Positions 50,504 through 63,055 of a stretch of DNA of 64,000 nucleotides are shown in pieces. The translations under genes were made by a program, and so were the position numbers. Location of the stretch: positions 34,050,628-34,114,627 of the forward strand of contig NC_068985.1 in NCBI RefSeq assembly GCF_001194135.2. The letters run 5' to 3'. Origin of the DNA: Octopus bimaculoides (taxonomy: Eukaryota). How positions within the stretch are numbered: position 1 is the stretch's first letter; every line of letters starts with the position of its first letter. The notes beneath the pieces were generated by a model. It had not been told where the DNA came from and ran no database searches. It was given only the letters and a program-made list of their open reading frames with translations.

Positions 50504-53265
50504 TTAGGAAAGCAAAACAATTATCTCGAGAAATTTATACTCTAGTTTTTAAATGTTAATGAAGAAAAGGATAATTTTTTAGAAAATATTTTAAATACGT
50601 GCTTTAGTTTTATTGGTATTTTGGTTTTTTAACAAAATGTGTGCAGAGATTTAACAGCCCAAGAGATAAGTGTGTTGAAATTTTATCACTGAGAATAACT
50701 ACTTATACATTAAATGAAAAATATGTAGCTGAAGGTAATGTATTCTTAATTTGGAATAACAATAAGGATCAGTTATAGGTGTGACCATGGCTGTGTGGTA
50801 AGGTGGTTATTTCTCAACTATATGGTTCTGGGTTCAGTCCCACTATGTGGCACCTGCAGCAAGTATCTCTTTTTATAACTTTGAACTTACCAAATTCTTG
50901 TGAATGGATTTAATAGATGGAAACTGAAAGAAACCTGTTATATATGTGTGTGTGTTGTGTTTATCCTCTACCATTGCTTGATAAATGGTTTGATTACATT
51001 CATGTAACTTAGCAGTTTAGCAAAAGAGACTGATGGAATAAGTACTTCTCTTAACTGGGGTTGATTCATTCTACTAAAATCCTCTGAAGTAGTGATCTGA
51101 CATGGCTGCAGTTCAATGACCAAAACAAATAAAATATAATTGAATTTTTGTTTGGGTAAATACAAAATTTTGGGTGTGACTGTTTTGGGGAATGATGGAT
51201 GGTTTGTGGTAACTTTCTTTATGGACTGCTTGAACTTGGATAAGAGGACGGAAAGTTCAATAGGGATTCCAAAAATGTAACACTATAATGAATAAAAGGG
51301 AGTTAAGGTCAGAGATCACTGTAAATGTCTAAAGGTTTTGAAGTTCAACAAGTAATCAAATCTAATTATTTGCATATGTTTATCTACATTAGTACCAGTT
51401 ATTAAAGAGGTATTGAAATTATTATGATAAGCAAAAGGGCGTTTATCATGCTAATCCTTAGAATTTTGTAATTTGATGTTGATAGATAACTGTAAGTAAA
51501 CAACTAATCTTATTCTTAGTTTAGTTCTGTTTAACAAGTGAATATTGATTGAAACAAACCATTGTTATCCCAGGTGACAGTTGTTTTTATGAAAAGAATC
51601 TACTTGTTGCCTATATTTGAAGAAGAACATAATTAGCTAGACTGATTAATTAATATGGATACAGTGATTATGCAGAGTATGATATAATTCTAAACATTTA
51701 GGAAAAAACTATGTGAATTATACGTCAAAGTTTTAAATTATCAACATAATATAGACAGTGGTTTGGAGAAAGGTGTTGCTATGAATAACATAAAGTGTTT
51801 ACGGCTGGTTTTGATATCTAAAGTTTCAAACTTATATACATATATTTTGTTTTGTATTTTATAACACCTGTTATCAGGAAAATAAATCTATATTTTTATT
51901 TGTTCAGCATATGACACCATTTATTATTCCATGTTTAAACAGTCATTCCTATTGTTTTCAAAATGATCTATGCCTCTAATATTTAACTAGCACTGAATGT
52001 AGTTTGTTTCTGAAAGTAAATATCTAAATCTAACATACATAGCAAATTCCTTTCAAGCCACTGCATGTTATCAAACTATATTTAAAATATCTTATTTTCA
52101 GTCAACACTGTTCTTTTGATGCATGTGTCACTTCCTACTTTTTTTTAAATAAGAAAATATCTTCTGTCATATTATCTTACAATCATTTAAAACTCCAAAC
52201 ACTTCTATTTTTGATTTAATTACTGTAAAAGGAAGGTTTAAATGTTACTTTAAGTAGACTCTCATGATAGTGCAAAGTCTAAAAGTTTTGATGCACAGGT
52301 AGGATTATTAGCGTTGGGGACATGAAAAAAATGATGGAAGCTATTACAGAAAGGGCAAAGCTAGTGTGTTTTGGTTACAGGTGGTTTGATGCATTCTTTT
52401 ATACATGGTTTGGAGATGGGAGGGTATGGAAGAGGGATGAGAATGGTTTGATGCAGTCACTTATGCATAGGCCTAACGAAAGATGAGGGGATTAAAGAGT
52501 TGAGGATGGTATAGTTAGCACAGGTGGTGGAGAAATAAGATATGAGTGGTACAAAGATGGATGAAAGTGATATGGGGAGAGGGGAACGGTAGGTAGAGAT
52601 GAGAGGTAGGGGTCAAAGATGCAAGGCAGGAGGCAGCAAATGTAAGCTTGGGAGGTACAAAATATCCCAACCCCTAAAGACTACCTTCATTTTGATGTAC
52701 ATTTTGCTGTGAGTAGTTGGGGGTCTTCTACAGTACTGTATGTTGTCAATTAGTATGGTCCTTTGTCATCTCCTTTGTGAGATGCAGCATCTTCAAATCA
52801 GTCATTAACACTTCATCTCAAGTCTTCCTCTTCCATAGGTTCTACTAACTTGGTGCTTGGTGTTTCCTTATGCAGCAGCCATCCTGTATATGCCTCAGTT
52901 ACCCATACCAGTGTAACCTTATCTCTCATACACTACAACCAATTCCTCTTATGCCCAGTTTTTCTCTCACCTTATTTGTACACTGATGTTCATACACACT
53001 AACATTACACATACATCAAAGTGTGTTTCCTTCATTTCTGTCTACTCTTTGCAAGTCTTCTGCATTCAGAACCCATGTCTCATTACTATGCAGCATTGTA
53101 TTTCTAACAGAAGCATCATACAATCTGCCTTTCACTTTGAGTATTGCCTGCAGAAATAATAGCTTCCTGAACTTTTTCCAACCTGATCATATCCTACCTA
53201 CTACACCTTTTGAACAATCACTTTCCCTGTTAATCTTGTCTCCTAAATAATATCTATAAGCATCC

Positions 53266-53982
53266 ATATGCGAGAGACGTTCAAAAAGTACCTAACTTAG
53301 TTTTTCTCAGTGCAAAATTCTTTGAATGAGAGGTGAAGCACACCCTTCCTCTGCATGCATAAAAATTTCTATGCCTGTAGGCCATGTCAGTTCCTGGCTA
53401 TTACAACCAGAATGCAGACGTATAGAGCACTCTCACTGGATGTTCATTTTCCTGCAAGATGACTTAATGCATTGAGTAGAGACCATAAATCCATATCTCA
53501 TTATCAGTGATGATGGTCTTTGTGAAGTCTGGGTCATAGCTTGCACAGTCCAGTATGTTTAGTCCATTATCACTGAAGATTTGGTTAAGAGATGCAAGTC
53601 TGCCAAGTTTGTGCCAAAACTGCTTTCAGCTGACCAAAAAGATACTTGGGTTTCAGTTGCACAAGATCTTCTTGATTGCATTGAGAACAATGAAACCATT
53701 TTGAAAACCTTGTGTAGGCCTCTGAGCAGGTATCACCAAGCTTTTGGCAAAATTTGATGCAGATTCTCTGCTCAACTTTCTCTGTCATGGTCAATGTGGT
53801 GATCACACGCTACACAAGTTACTTCCAAGCACCGCTGTAAACAGCGGAAGTGAGCTAGAATGTTAAAACTTAGTGCGCATGTACAGCAGAGTTCAAGGTC
53901 AATCTGCACCCAGTAGCTTAATTCTGCATGCTTTAGCTTCATTACTATAGCAACAGTCTGGATTGTTATTGATCAGTCTACA
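53266..53982. mobile_element. Composite of mariner fragments with an inverted middle segment
   Basis: Minus-strand N-terminus EQRICIKFCQKLGDTCSEAY (53710-53806). Plus-strand linker SIITEDL..SAKFVPKLLSADQKD...LLDCIENNE (53555-53709). Minus-strand DPDFTKTIITDNEIWIYG (about 53470-53550). Confidence 0.8.
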
Positions 53983-54269
53983 TAAATATTGGCAGATGCA
54001 GACATGACCATGTGGTTAAGAAGCTCAGTTTGCAACCACGTAGCTTTGGGTTGAGTCTCAGCATGTGAAACTTTGGGTAAGTGTCTTCTACTATAGCCTT
54101 GAGTTGCCTGGTGTCTGTCTTGTGAATGAATTTGGCAGATAGAAGATAGAAATTGTGTGGAAGTCCACTCAATTTCCATCAATATATATATATGTGTATG
54201 TGTGTGTGTTATAATTGGTTCCTTGTTCACTTGTATGTTGTTGTCGGCATTGTAATATTCTTGTCGCCA

Positions 54270-56573
54270 CTATTTATGTTGTGGTGGTATTCCGTGTCTT
54301 ATTATCTTTGACTTGTCTATTGTGCTATCGCTGATAGCTCCATTAGACAATGACTTTGAAACATCTACCTTGACAGTAACTTGAACTCATATATATCACG
54401 TAACTGGCACTGACTCCAACTGAGAACTTGTATAATGACTCTACTACTACTGTCCCCTTACAACGACTGACTGTCTGACTTTATAGTGGCTTTATACCAC
54501 TGTCACATGGGAAGGAGTGTACCATTTTCAATACAACATATCCCCTTTTATTTATTTTTTTTCCTTGTGAAGCAAGTAATTTTATTTTACTTTATTCACC
54601 CCCTCCTCTTTTTTTAACTTTTTTATTTTGCATAAACCATCAGAGCTGCCCAGTTTGAATTATTGACTTTTTCAGTTATACTTAGACCTTCTAGTCTTTC
54701 CAGCTCTTTATTGATGTGGTCTAACGCCACAAACGGCACGTTCCATTGGGTCTAAAAACAGGTTTTGCCTTTTCTTTTATCATGGTCCTTACTTGTGTTT
54801 TAATGCAATAGCCTAATCCTTCCAACAAAACATTTGGAAACAATTTTTAAATTTTTTTGTCTCAGTTGTTCAACTTCACTTGAACTTTTAACCGTGCTGA
54901 CTACATTTTCACAGAGAGCACTAATGGGGGGTATCCCAAATTTTAAGTAACTCCATGCATTCTGTGCCAAATAGGTTTAGTGATTTTTTTCAACTCCTAA
55001 ATGATTGTTCTTTTCATTTCACCTCGAAAAGTTACGTTGCAAATATATTTGCCAATGAAATATTTCTTCCCTGTAACACCTTATTCTATGTTATTTGATT
55101 TAATTAACTTTGGCTTACTGATTTGGCACCATGTTTCTTCATTTATGATAGTGATGTCACTACCTATATCTAATTGCATTTTGACACTAATGGTTTTGAT
55201 TCTCACCTTGATGAATTTTCTGTTCTATGTACAAACTTTTTTACTCAGATGACAGACTATTTTTTCTTGTTTGGTCTAATATTTTGTCATCTTAGTTCTG
55301 CAGTGCAATTTAATGTGTCCTGTGTTCCCACAATGAAAACATTTTGCTTTTTTGAACAGACCCTCTTTTCTCAGGTGCCTACCATCGCATGCCATACATG
55401 GGTTTATCTCCTGTTGTATATCGTGATTTTGTGAAACACTTTATCCTCTTCCGACTCTTCCACACTGGTTTTATCTGTAAACAATCTTTGTGTTGGATTT
55501 CTTCTGTGTCATGCCTTACTTTTAATGTCAGAAGAATATGCTCTTTTGACAATTTCTGAAGAGTTATATCCTGGTTCATTTCCAGCTTTGTGAGAATTTT
55601 CATTCTGACTTCTTCGTCCATTTTAGCAGTAAGTCCCTGAACAAAAATCAGGCACTTGAATGAGTCTGGAGTTAGTTTATCCAGTTTAAATCTCTTGCAC
55701 TCTCTGTTCACTCTACTGCATATGTGGTAAAGTCTTCATCATCACTTTTCTCTGTGTTCAAACACTTCCAATGTGTGTCTGAAATTTATGTCAGAAACTT
55801 TTTTAGGCGATATAGAATAACAGTATTTCTCATGCTCTATTATCACCAGTTTTCTCAGAATTAAATGCGTTTTCATTACGTCCGTCCAGTCTTGGCATTC
55901 TTTTTTGAAAAATTTGTCCAAACCTTTGGTAATATGCCTTGAAGGTAACCCCTTCTTCTGGGTCACATTTAAATTCATTTACTGAATTTGCTACATGATC
56001 TAGCAGAAACGTATTTTCTGGTTTTGTTACCAACTCCATTAGTTGTAGCATTTGTTGCTGTAACATTTGTTGTTGTTCTTGTTCTTTGAGTTGTTGCTGT
56101 TTTTGCAACTCAACTAGACCCTCTAATAAGTTTTCCATAATTTTATGGATTTTTTCTAAAATATGTACCACAAAAATGTCTGTTACTCCTCTGTTGAATT
56201 TTTAATTTCTCCACATGAAAATTTTTTCAACATCATCTGCATGAATTGTTTATCTACTTGTGAAAAAAACTTTTTTTTTCAACATTGTCCACATGAATTG
56301 TTTATATCCTTGTCGCCACTGTTATGTTGTGGTGGTATTCCACGTCTTATTATCTTTGACTTTTCTATTGTGCTATCACTGATAGTTCCACAAGACAATG
56401 ACTTTGAAATGTCTACCTTGATGGTAACTTGAACTTGTATATATCACGTAACTGGCACTAACTCCAACTGAGAACTCGTACGACTCTACTACTACTGATC
56501 CCCTACAACGACTGACTGTCTAACTTTATAGTGGCTATCACACAGGAAGGGATGTATCATTTTTACTACAACA
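54270..56573 (-). mobile_element. Internally deleted Gypsy (Mag/K02A2.6-like) LTR retrotransposon
   Basis: Two diverged direct repeats (56320-56573 and about 54270-54538), both ending TACAACA on the + strand. PBS TGGCGACAAGGAT (56306-56318). PPT AAAAGGGGA beside the second LTR. gag motifs FKCDPEEGVTFKAYY and FKCLIFVQGL. Protease-like QLDIGSD. RT start KPVFRP...KELERLE...WAA. Confidence 0.9.
54640..56171 (-). pseudogene. Gypsy gag, protease and RT N-terminus, frameshifted
   Basis: ORFs 55830-56171 and 55379-55711 plus manual translation downstream. RT truncated after about 40 residues; no RNase H or integrase seen. Confidence 0.85.
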
Positions 56574-59500
56574 GTGTGTGTAAAAATATTTCAGTCCCCA
56601 ACAATTATTGATATTTTACAAAGATCAGACGAGGCCCACAATATTGCTCTAAAATGTTGGATAGTGCAACTGTTGTCCACGTAGGGACCCTAAATCACAT
56701 GCACAAAAGCATTCACACATGCACATGCACAACTGATTGACATAAAATCACTAACAAATAGGCTGCAGCTACTGACCAACGGTCATGTTGTCTCCTCTCT
56801 CTACTTTTTCTACCTCTACTTTAATAACTGTTGCTTATTGGAACCAGTTGAGTTCATGCCACCACCACTTAAGCACTCCAGTTCCACTTGTGTCCCCTCT
56901 TACTCCTTTCTCCACCTTGTTGTCTCACATTAATCTTTATGAACAGTCCTTCTTTCCCAGAATGTCAGCTCTGTAGAATTCTCTTCTTGCTCATATGTTT
57001 CCTACAGATGGTTTTGTAGAAAGGCTCAATAGGAGCATTAATAGTATCAATCTCACCTGTTTAGGAGAGTTTGGCCCACTCTGTATTAATAGATGTATTT
57101 TTTAGCTGCAGTAAGAGAAGCAGCTCCCGTAACCTTGAGTATCATTTCATAATGGTGAGCGTTTCTTTCTCTTTGAAGGATTTTTTGCAGACATCAGTTC
57201 AGAGCTGGCATCAGTAAGGTCATGTGGTCTCCATCTTGGTTACCAAATGTGAAAAGACGCCTCCATATTCATGATTGTAAGAGAAATTTACCAAAGAATT
57301 ATTGAAAATGTTTAGAATTTTCTTGTTTTCACTTATATTTGTCAAGTGGAGTAATTCTGTTTTTGTTTTGATTCTGAGTTCTGCTTGTTTATTGTATTTG
57401 GAAAGTACTCTAGTCTAACTAATGTTTATAAGATTATCTGTTGTTTTTTATCCTAAAAACACTTGAAACTTTAAATTATTGTTTAGTGAAACAATAGTAC
57501 CTTGTCTAATATTGTAAGTGCTGATTTTCCGGTTTTAAGCTTCAGTGCTTGGAACAACAATCACAGCCAGAATAGTTTGAACTATAATTGTTCAACTAAT
57601 AATAACAACACTGAGCACCAATAAAAAACAGTTACAATATAAGCAATAACTGAACTATAAGCAGCAGCAACAAGTGTAGACTTGTGATTTGTCAATATTG
57701 TTATATATTGTTTTATATTGATAACAATATCAATATAAAAAGCAACAACATCAACGGCAACAACTGAAGTGGACCTCAATAACAATATCGAACAAAAAAA
57801 AAGAGAAAAATAGAACAGAATAAATAATTATAGATCACATATTTAAGAAAGAAGTAAAAACATGATTCTGTAATATTTATGGATATCATTTTAGGTGCCA
57901 ATGATGTAAGAAATGTAGTTCCAATTAAGAGTTGATTGTTGATTGTGAAATTAATCTGGTAAGAACTTATAGCTGCTCTACAATCTTTGCCTCACTGCCA
58001 CTTTAGTTTTGTGCTTCTTTCAATGCTGTGGCTCTTTCTTTACTTTTATATAATACATTCAATAAAATTACAAAAATGAATGTGATTAAATCATATATCT
58101 TATAGATATATTGCATGTAATTGTGATTTTTCTTAATTTTTTTCTTGATTTGGACAATTTATTATACACTTTCTTTCTACTATTGCTGTCAACATTTTCC
58201 TTGTTGTTGCCATAGTTGTCATTGGTGGCAATAGCAACGGTGTTGGCTGTGTTGATGTTGACGTTGATTATCAACAATGCTTTAATGTCTGTGCTTTTTT
58301 GAGACTCCAATGGCTTAAGATATCTTTATTGTATTTGTCTTCTCTTCTGTGAGACTCAGCTTTCTGAGATCTGGCCTCACCATGTTTCTCTGTGTCTTTA
58401 TTGGTCATTCAACCTACAGCACCCGAGACATTTTCACTCAGTGCTCATCATTTATTCGCACATTCAAATTACATGTCTATACCAGTACAGTCATCCTTTA
58501 GTACACTTTAGATGTTACCTTTAATGCCCAACCACCATGTCAGCTCAAATGTATGTCACCTTTCATGAAGAATAACATTAAACATTCAGTAATTGATCTA
58601 GCCTCATTTCTCCCTGTGTTTAACAAATTTTTGACATCATTGCTAATGGTATACTATCATGCAGTCCTCCACTATTCATGCATGGTTCCTTCAGTTTACT
58701 TTATGCCCTGACATCAGAGGCATTAGTTCTCTGGATTTCTTCCATTTCTTCCATTCCTTGCTCTAGCAACTATTCTTTTGTTACATGCACCTCCTTCTCT
58801 AACTAAGAGAAACAGATTGATCCAATTTGGAACCATCTACATGATGATAAAAACTGAAATTCCCCTCAAATCCCACCTACAATCTTAAAAGAAGTAAAGA
58901 CACTTTGAATAATGTACTTTATAGTACACTATCCCTAGAAAAGCATGGGATGGTCATAACTAGAATGCTTTTCATTATAGGTTGTCTTGATCAGAGCCAA
59001 CTTAGGGCTAAATAACATCAACAGCAATAACAACCACAAGAACAACAACTGCAGCAACAGCAACAACAACACCAGCTAATACCTGTTGAACTGTCTAAGC
59101 ATTACTATTACTTACTACTCCTGTACATCTCATATTTGAAGCTTTGTTTCTCTGTCAGACTGCCAACAGTCTCACTGTACCACTTGTGTACTCATTGTCT
59201 GCAGTGGGTACATAGTACAATTTTTGTTTCCTTATTCAATTCTTATCTATTAAGTAACACCATTTTCCATATGACATTAAGATTTTGCCCTATCACTTAG
59301 TAAACTAGCACACTGGCTTTCAGTATATAAAAGTTCCAATGATTGATCACTTCTAAAGTTTGACAGTTGCTGTTACTGCAGTAGATATGATGGTAAATGG
59401 TGATGATTAAAAAACAATGAAATAGGATAAAAATATACAAGTATTAAAATGTATGGATAAATTTATTGGAGCTAAGTATCTAGATGATATAAAATTTAAG

Positions 59501-59589
59501 AATAAACAAACTTTTAAATCAGTTCAAATATGTTCTGGACGTATGGCCATTTTAGTACTATGAAATGGTTTACATATTCGTCTTCTGTA

Positions 59590-60950
59590 ACATTGTTGTT
59601 TTCACTCACATGTTCATGTAAATGTGTTCTTTGATTCTTGATCCATTGCAAAACTCAATTGCCTTGTTTAGATCTTGCAACATCAATACAACACATCCTT
59701 TTTGCAAGATCATTGTGTGGAGTAAACTTCAATATATTTGTGGCTGTTTTGAAACTTCACTGGATAATTTGTAAATATTGTCTTTATTATCACTTGGAAT
59801 CAATACTATTGTAAGTGACCATTTTTCCATCAAATATGTTAGTAACATTTTTTGTTTAAAAAAATCAAGAACCGCATTGGTTGAGATAGTATTTGCACAG
59901 TCTGTGAAGTTGGAGAGATCCAAAAAGTTGTCAAAAATCTTGATTTATCATTTCATATTCCTTTTACTTAAAAAACATTAGTTGAAAGCTCAGTCTTGTC
60001 AACTGAATACAGTTTTTCCTCAATTTGCAAACAACAGCATTATATACATATTTCAACATTCATTATGATTTGTTCTAACAAACAGAGTTATAGTCTTGAA
60101 TTATTTTTGCAATTGTGCTATTAATAATAATACTGTATCTCAGTCAATGGAAACTAGAATATGAAAAGTTGAGTGAGCTCTGGAACCTCTTTTATAGAAG
60201 GTGTCATTTAAGTGTCAAAAGCATTGCTCTTACATTGTTATTGACAATGTCTGAAGGTGATTGCAAAATTCTGATGCATGTGGTACAAACAAATCAGAGA
60301 GGAATTGATGAAAAAATATTTCATTTCAGAGATGGGAAACTTGAAAAGTGATCTTCTGCTATAGACACCTTCTGAGTTTGAAGCTATCAAAATTGATTTG
60401 AAGTTTCATAAAACAATAACTCTGAAATGAAAAGATTTCAAATTTGAGGTGAAAAACAAATTTAAAATTCACAATTGTCATTCATGTCTCTATCAAATCC
60501 ATCATCAGACTTGATAAGGCCCATAAAGGTAACTCCTTTTATATTTGACTCTGCTGTCCACAAAATGTTTCATCTGAAATGAGCATGTCACTGATTTGTG
60601 TAATAAAAATACATGCTGATATCTCTCAATGTTTTGAAGGCTGACAAAATACATTTTTCCAATTTATATTTTCTCTTTGTGCAAGAATATTTTGTAATAT
60701 AAATTTTGTTTCCTTATTTTATAATATAAATTTTGTTTCCTTATTTTATAACTCATATTAATTATTGAGAGAACTAGTCTCAGTGTGATATCAAAGAACT
60801 GGCAGAAAGATAGCTTCAGACAGTGCAATATGATGGCCTCTACTTTGAATGCTACACTACTTTTGTTGTAACTTGTTGAATAAAGTAAACAAGAGACCAA
60901 AATATTGCAAAACTTTTGACTCAACACATTATAATTAATCCCTGATAAAA
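59590..60950 (-). pseudogene. Highly degraded DNA transposase-like remnant (possibly hAT-related)
   Basis: Scattered weak motifs RGHHIAL (compare CRHHIxE) and NDLAKGCVVLM (compare VNDxAERGVAL). Confidence 0.35.
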
Positions 60951-61624
60951 ATTACTAAAAGAATTATCATTGACTAGCTTTATGTGTTACACATAAACAA
61001 AAACACAGTTAACATTCTATTATTACATTCCTCAATGGTAGTGAAGTTTCCTATGAATCATAATACATGTTTGTCTAATATTATAACTTGTTTGACTCAA
61101 TACTTTTTTATCATGTCACTATGTAGACAGTTATTTGCAGTATCTGGATTTAAGTAGGTGTGGGATAAAAAAAAAAGATTTTGTGAAAACATACATATTT
61201 TACAATTTAAGTGATTTTTAAGCTGGTAACGTAGTAACAAGAAATGTTATTGATTTCTTGCATTGATACAGGTTCACAAATTGGTAGTGGAGAGGAAAAG
61301 TTAGTTGAAATGTCTACAGTGTATTACTAATGCTTATTGTGTTGCTCCTGAAATGATGACAGGTGAAATTGACTAGGGGTGTAGCAGGATGTATGGCAAA
61401 AGATGTTGAGGTAGCAGAAGAAATAAGCATGTGGACGACATCAAAGTAAAACAATGGGAAAGCATTGGATTGTGGTTTAAATAATTTATTTTAATCAACA
61501 CTTGCATTTACATGTATACACAAGGAAATCCACTACATGACATTACCAACTTGCTTCAAGTTGGCGAAGTAAAAATTTATCAGGAGAAATACTGTGTCAA
61601 TGTGATGAGGTAGAACTGGGCATG

Positions 61625-61660
<36 letters not shown>

Positions 61661-62819
61661 ATTGGTCATTTGGTTGTGTCTGTTTATGTTCTGTGACTGT
61701 TACTGTGTTACATCGTTCATGCTGAATATGTGGCTCTCTGTTGTCTGCTGTCTCTTGATCGTTTACCTGTTGATGGCTATCTGCCTATCTGTCATGTGCT
61801 TGACTGTATTTATAATGGTCATCCCAGCTAGAAAGACAGGCATACCACAGGAGTAATGTCTACCTATGTAGGTAGCTTCCTTCCATGACACAGCTCAGGT
61901 CGGAGATTGAAGAGAAATCCATCCATCACTTTTTGACAGGACAAAGAAATTTCTTTTGTGCCTGTTTGGCCAGTGGTGGATCAGACATGCGAGAATCTTT
62001 AGATTCAGTTTCGAATCTCAGCTCGGATAAAGGAAGTGTTAATTTTTACAGGAGCATTTCAATTGCAAACACACTGGAAACTGTGACATTTGTCACTTAA
62101 TCAACCCCCACCATCTTTCAGGAAACATTATTATAGTGAAATAAGGGTGGTGCAAATGAATGAACCAGCTGAAGGCAGGGCTATTTGCATACCAGTACTT
62201 AGTTTTGACTTAGTAAACATGGAGTTCAACTCCCATTGCAGTAAAATGATATTTCCTTCAAGTCTGGATGGTGGTAGGTATCAATGAAACAAGTACCATT
62301 AATATATAAGCTAAGGACAATAACTCAAGCAGATCATCAGCATGAATTTGGTCAGATAGGTGAAGGAGCAATGTATTCTGTTGCTTTTTATTTGTTTCAG
62401 TCATTGGATTGTGGCTTTGAATGATTTAGATGAACAAATTGACTCCAGTACATATTCTGTAAGTCTGGTAGTTATTCTTTTAGTCCTTTTTTGCTGACTG
62501 GTAAGTTACAAGGATATAAACAAACTAACACCAGTTGTCAAGTAACGGCAAGGAATGGGGAGAAACAAACACACAAACATATCTGCCTGTCTACCTATCT
62601 ATACACACATGGAAGACTCCAGCATAATTTCTCACTGTAATTAAGAAGCTTGGACAAGTGTCTTCTACTATAGTCCCAGGCAATTCAATGCATCGCGAGT
62701 GAATTTGATTTATAGCCACTGTGTGGATGCCTGTTGTATATGTATCTAAATATGTATGTATGTCTAACGACAGAATTTAATGATGATGTTTGCATTAGAT
62801 GAAATTATTGAAGAACAAT

Positions 62820-62963
62820 GTATAACATTATTTACATTTGACGGATATTTGTCCTCATCTTGTTTGTTGTTAACACAACACTTTGGCTAATATACCCTCC
62901 AACCTTCATCAGGTGTCTTGGGGAAATTTTGAACCTGGGTTCTCATTCTAAAGGTATTTTTCA

Positions 62964-63024
<61 letters not shown>

Positions 63025-63055
63025 GGTCACTGCCTGGAATTGAACTTGGAATCTT
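62820..63055 (-). mobile_element. SINE/Penelope-like repeat with B-box remnant, (TAA)n tract and hammerhead-like core
   Basis: Reverse complement: GTTCAATTCCAGG, (TAA)n, then CTGATGA-AGGTTG...TAGCC-AAAG. Confidence 0.5.
62966..63023. repeat. (ATT)n microsatellite
   Basis: About 19 units. Explains the poly-Leu ORF at 62964. Confidence 0.95.

Noticed and set aside
57106-57154. Possible 49-nt exon (TTTTTTAG...ATG/GTGAGC)
   Set aside because: Splice-like sites only, with no recognisable peptide or partner exon. The context resembles a repeat.
59020-59080. Poly-Gln-like CAA/CAG run
   Set aside because: It follows a SINE-type tail, has flanking stops, and is a simple repeat.
61885-62287. ORFs of 71 and 65 aa
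   Set aside because: No recognisable domain or splice context. Possibly a decayed LINE endonuclease or SINE, but unsupported.
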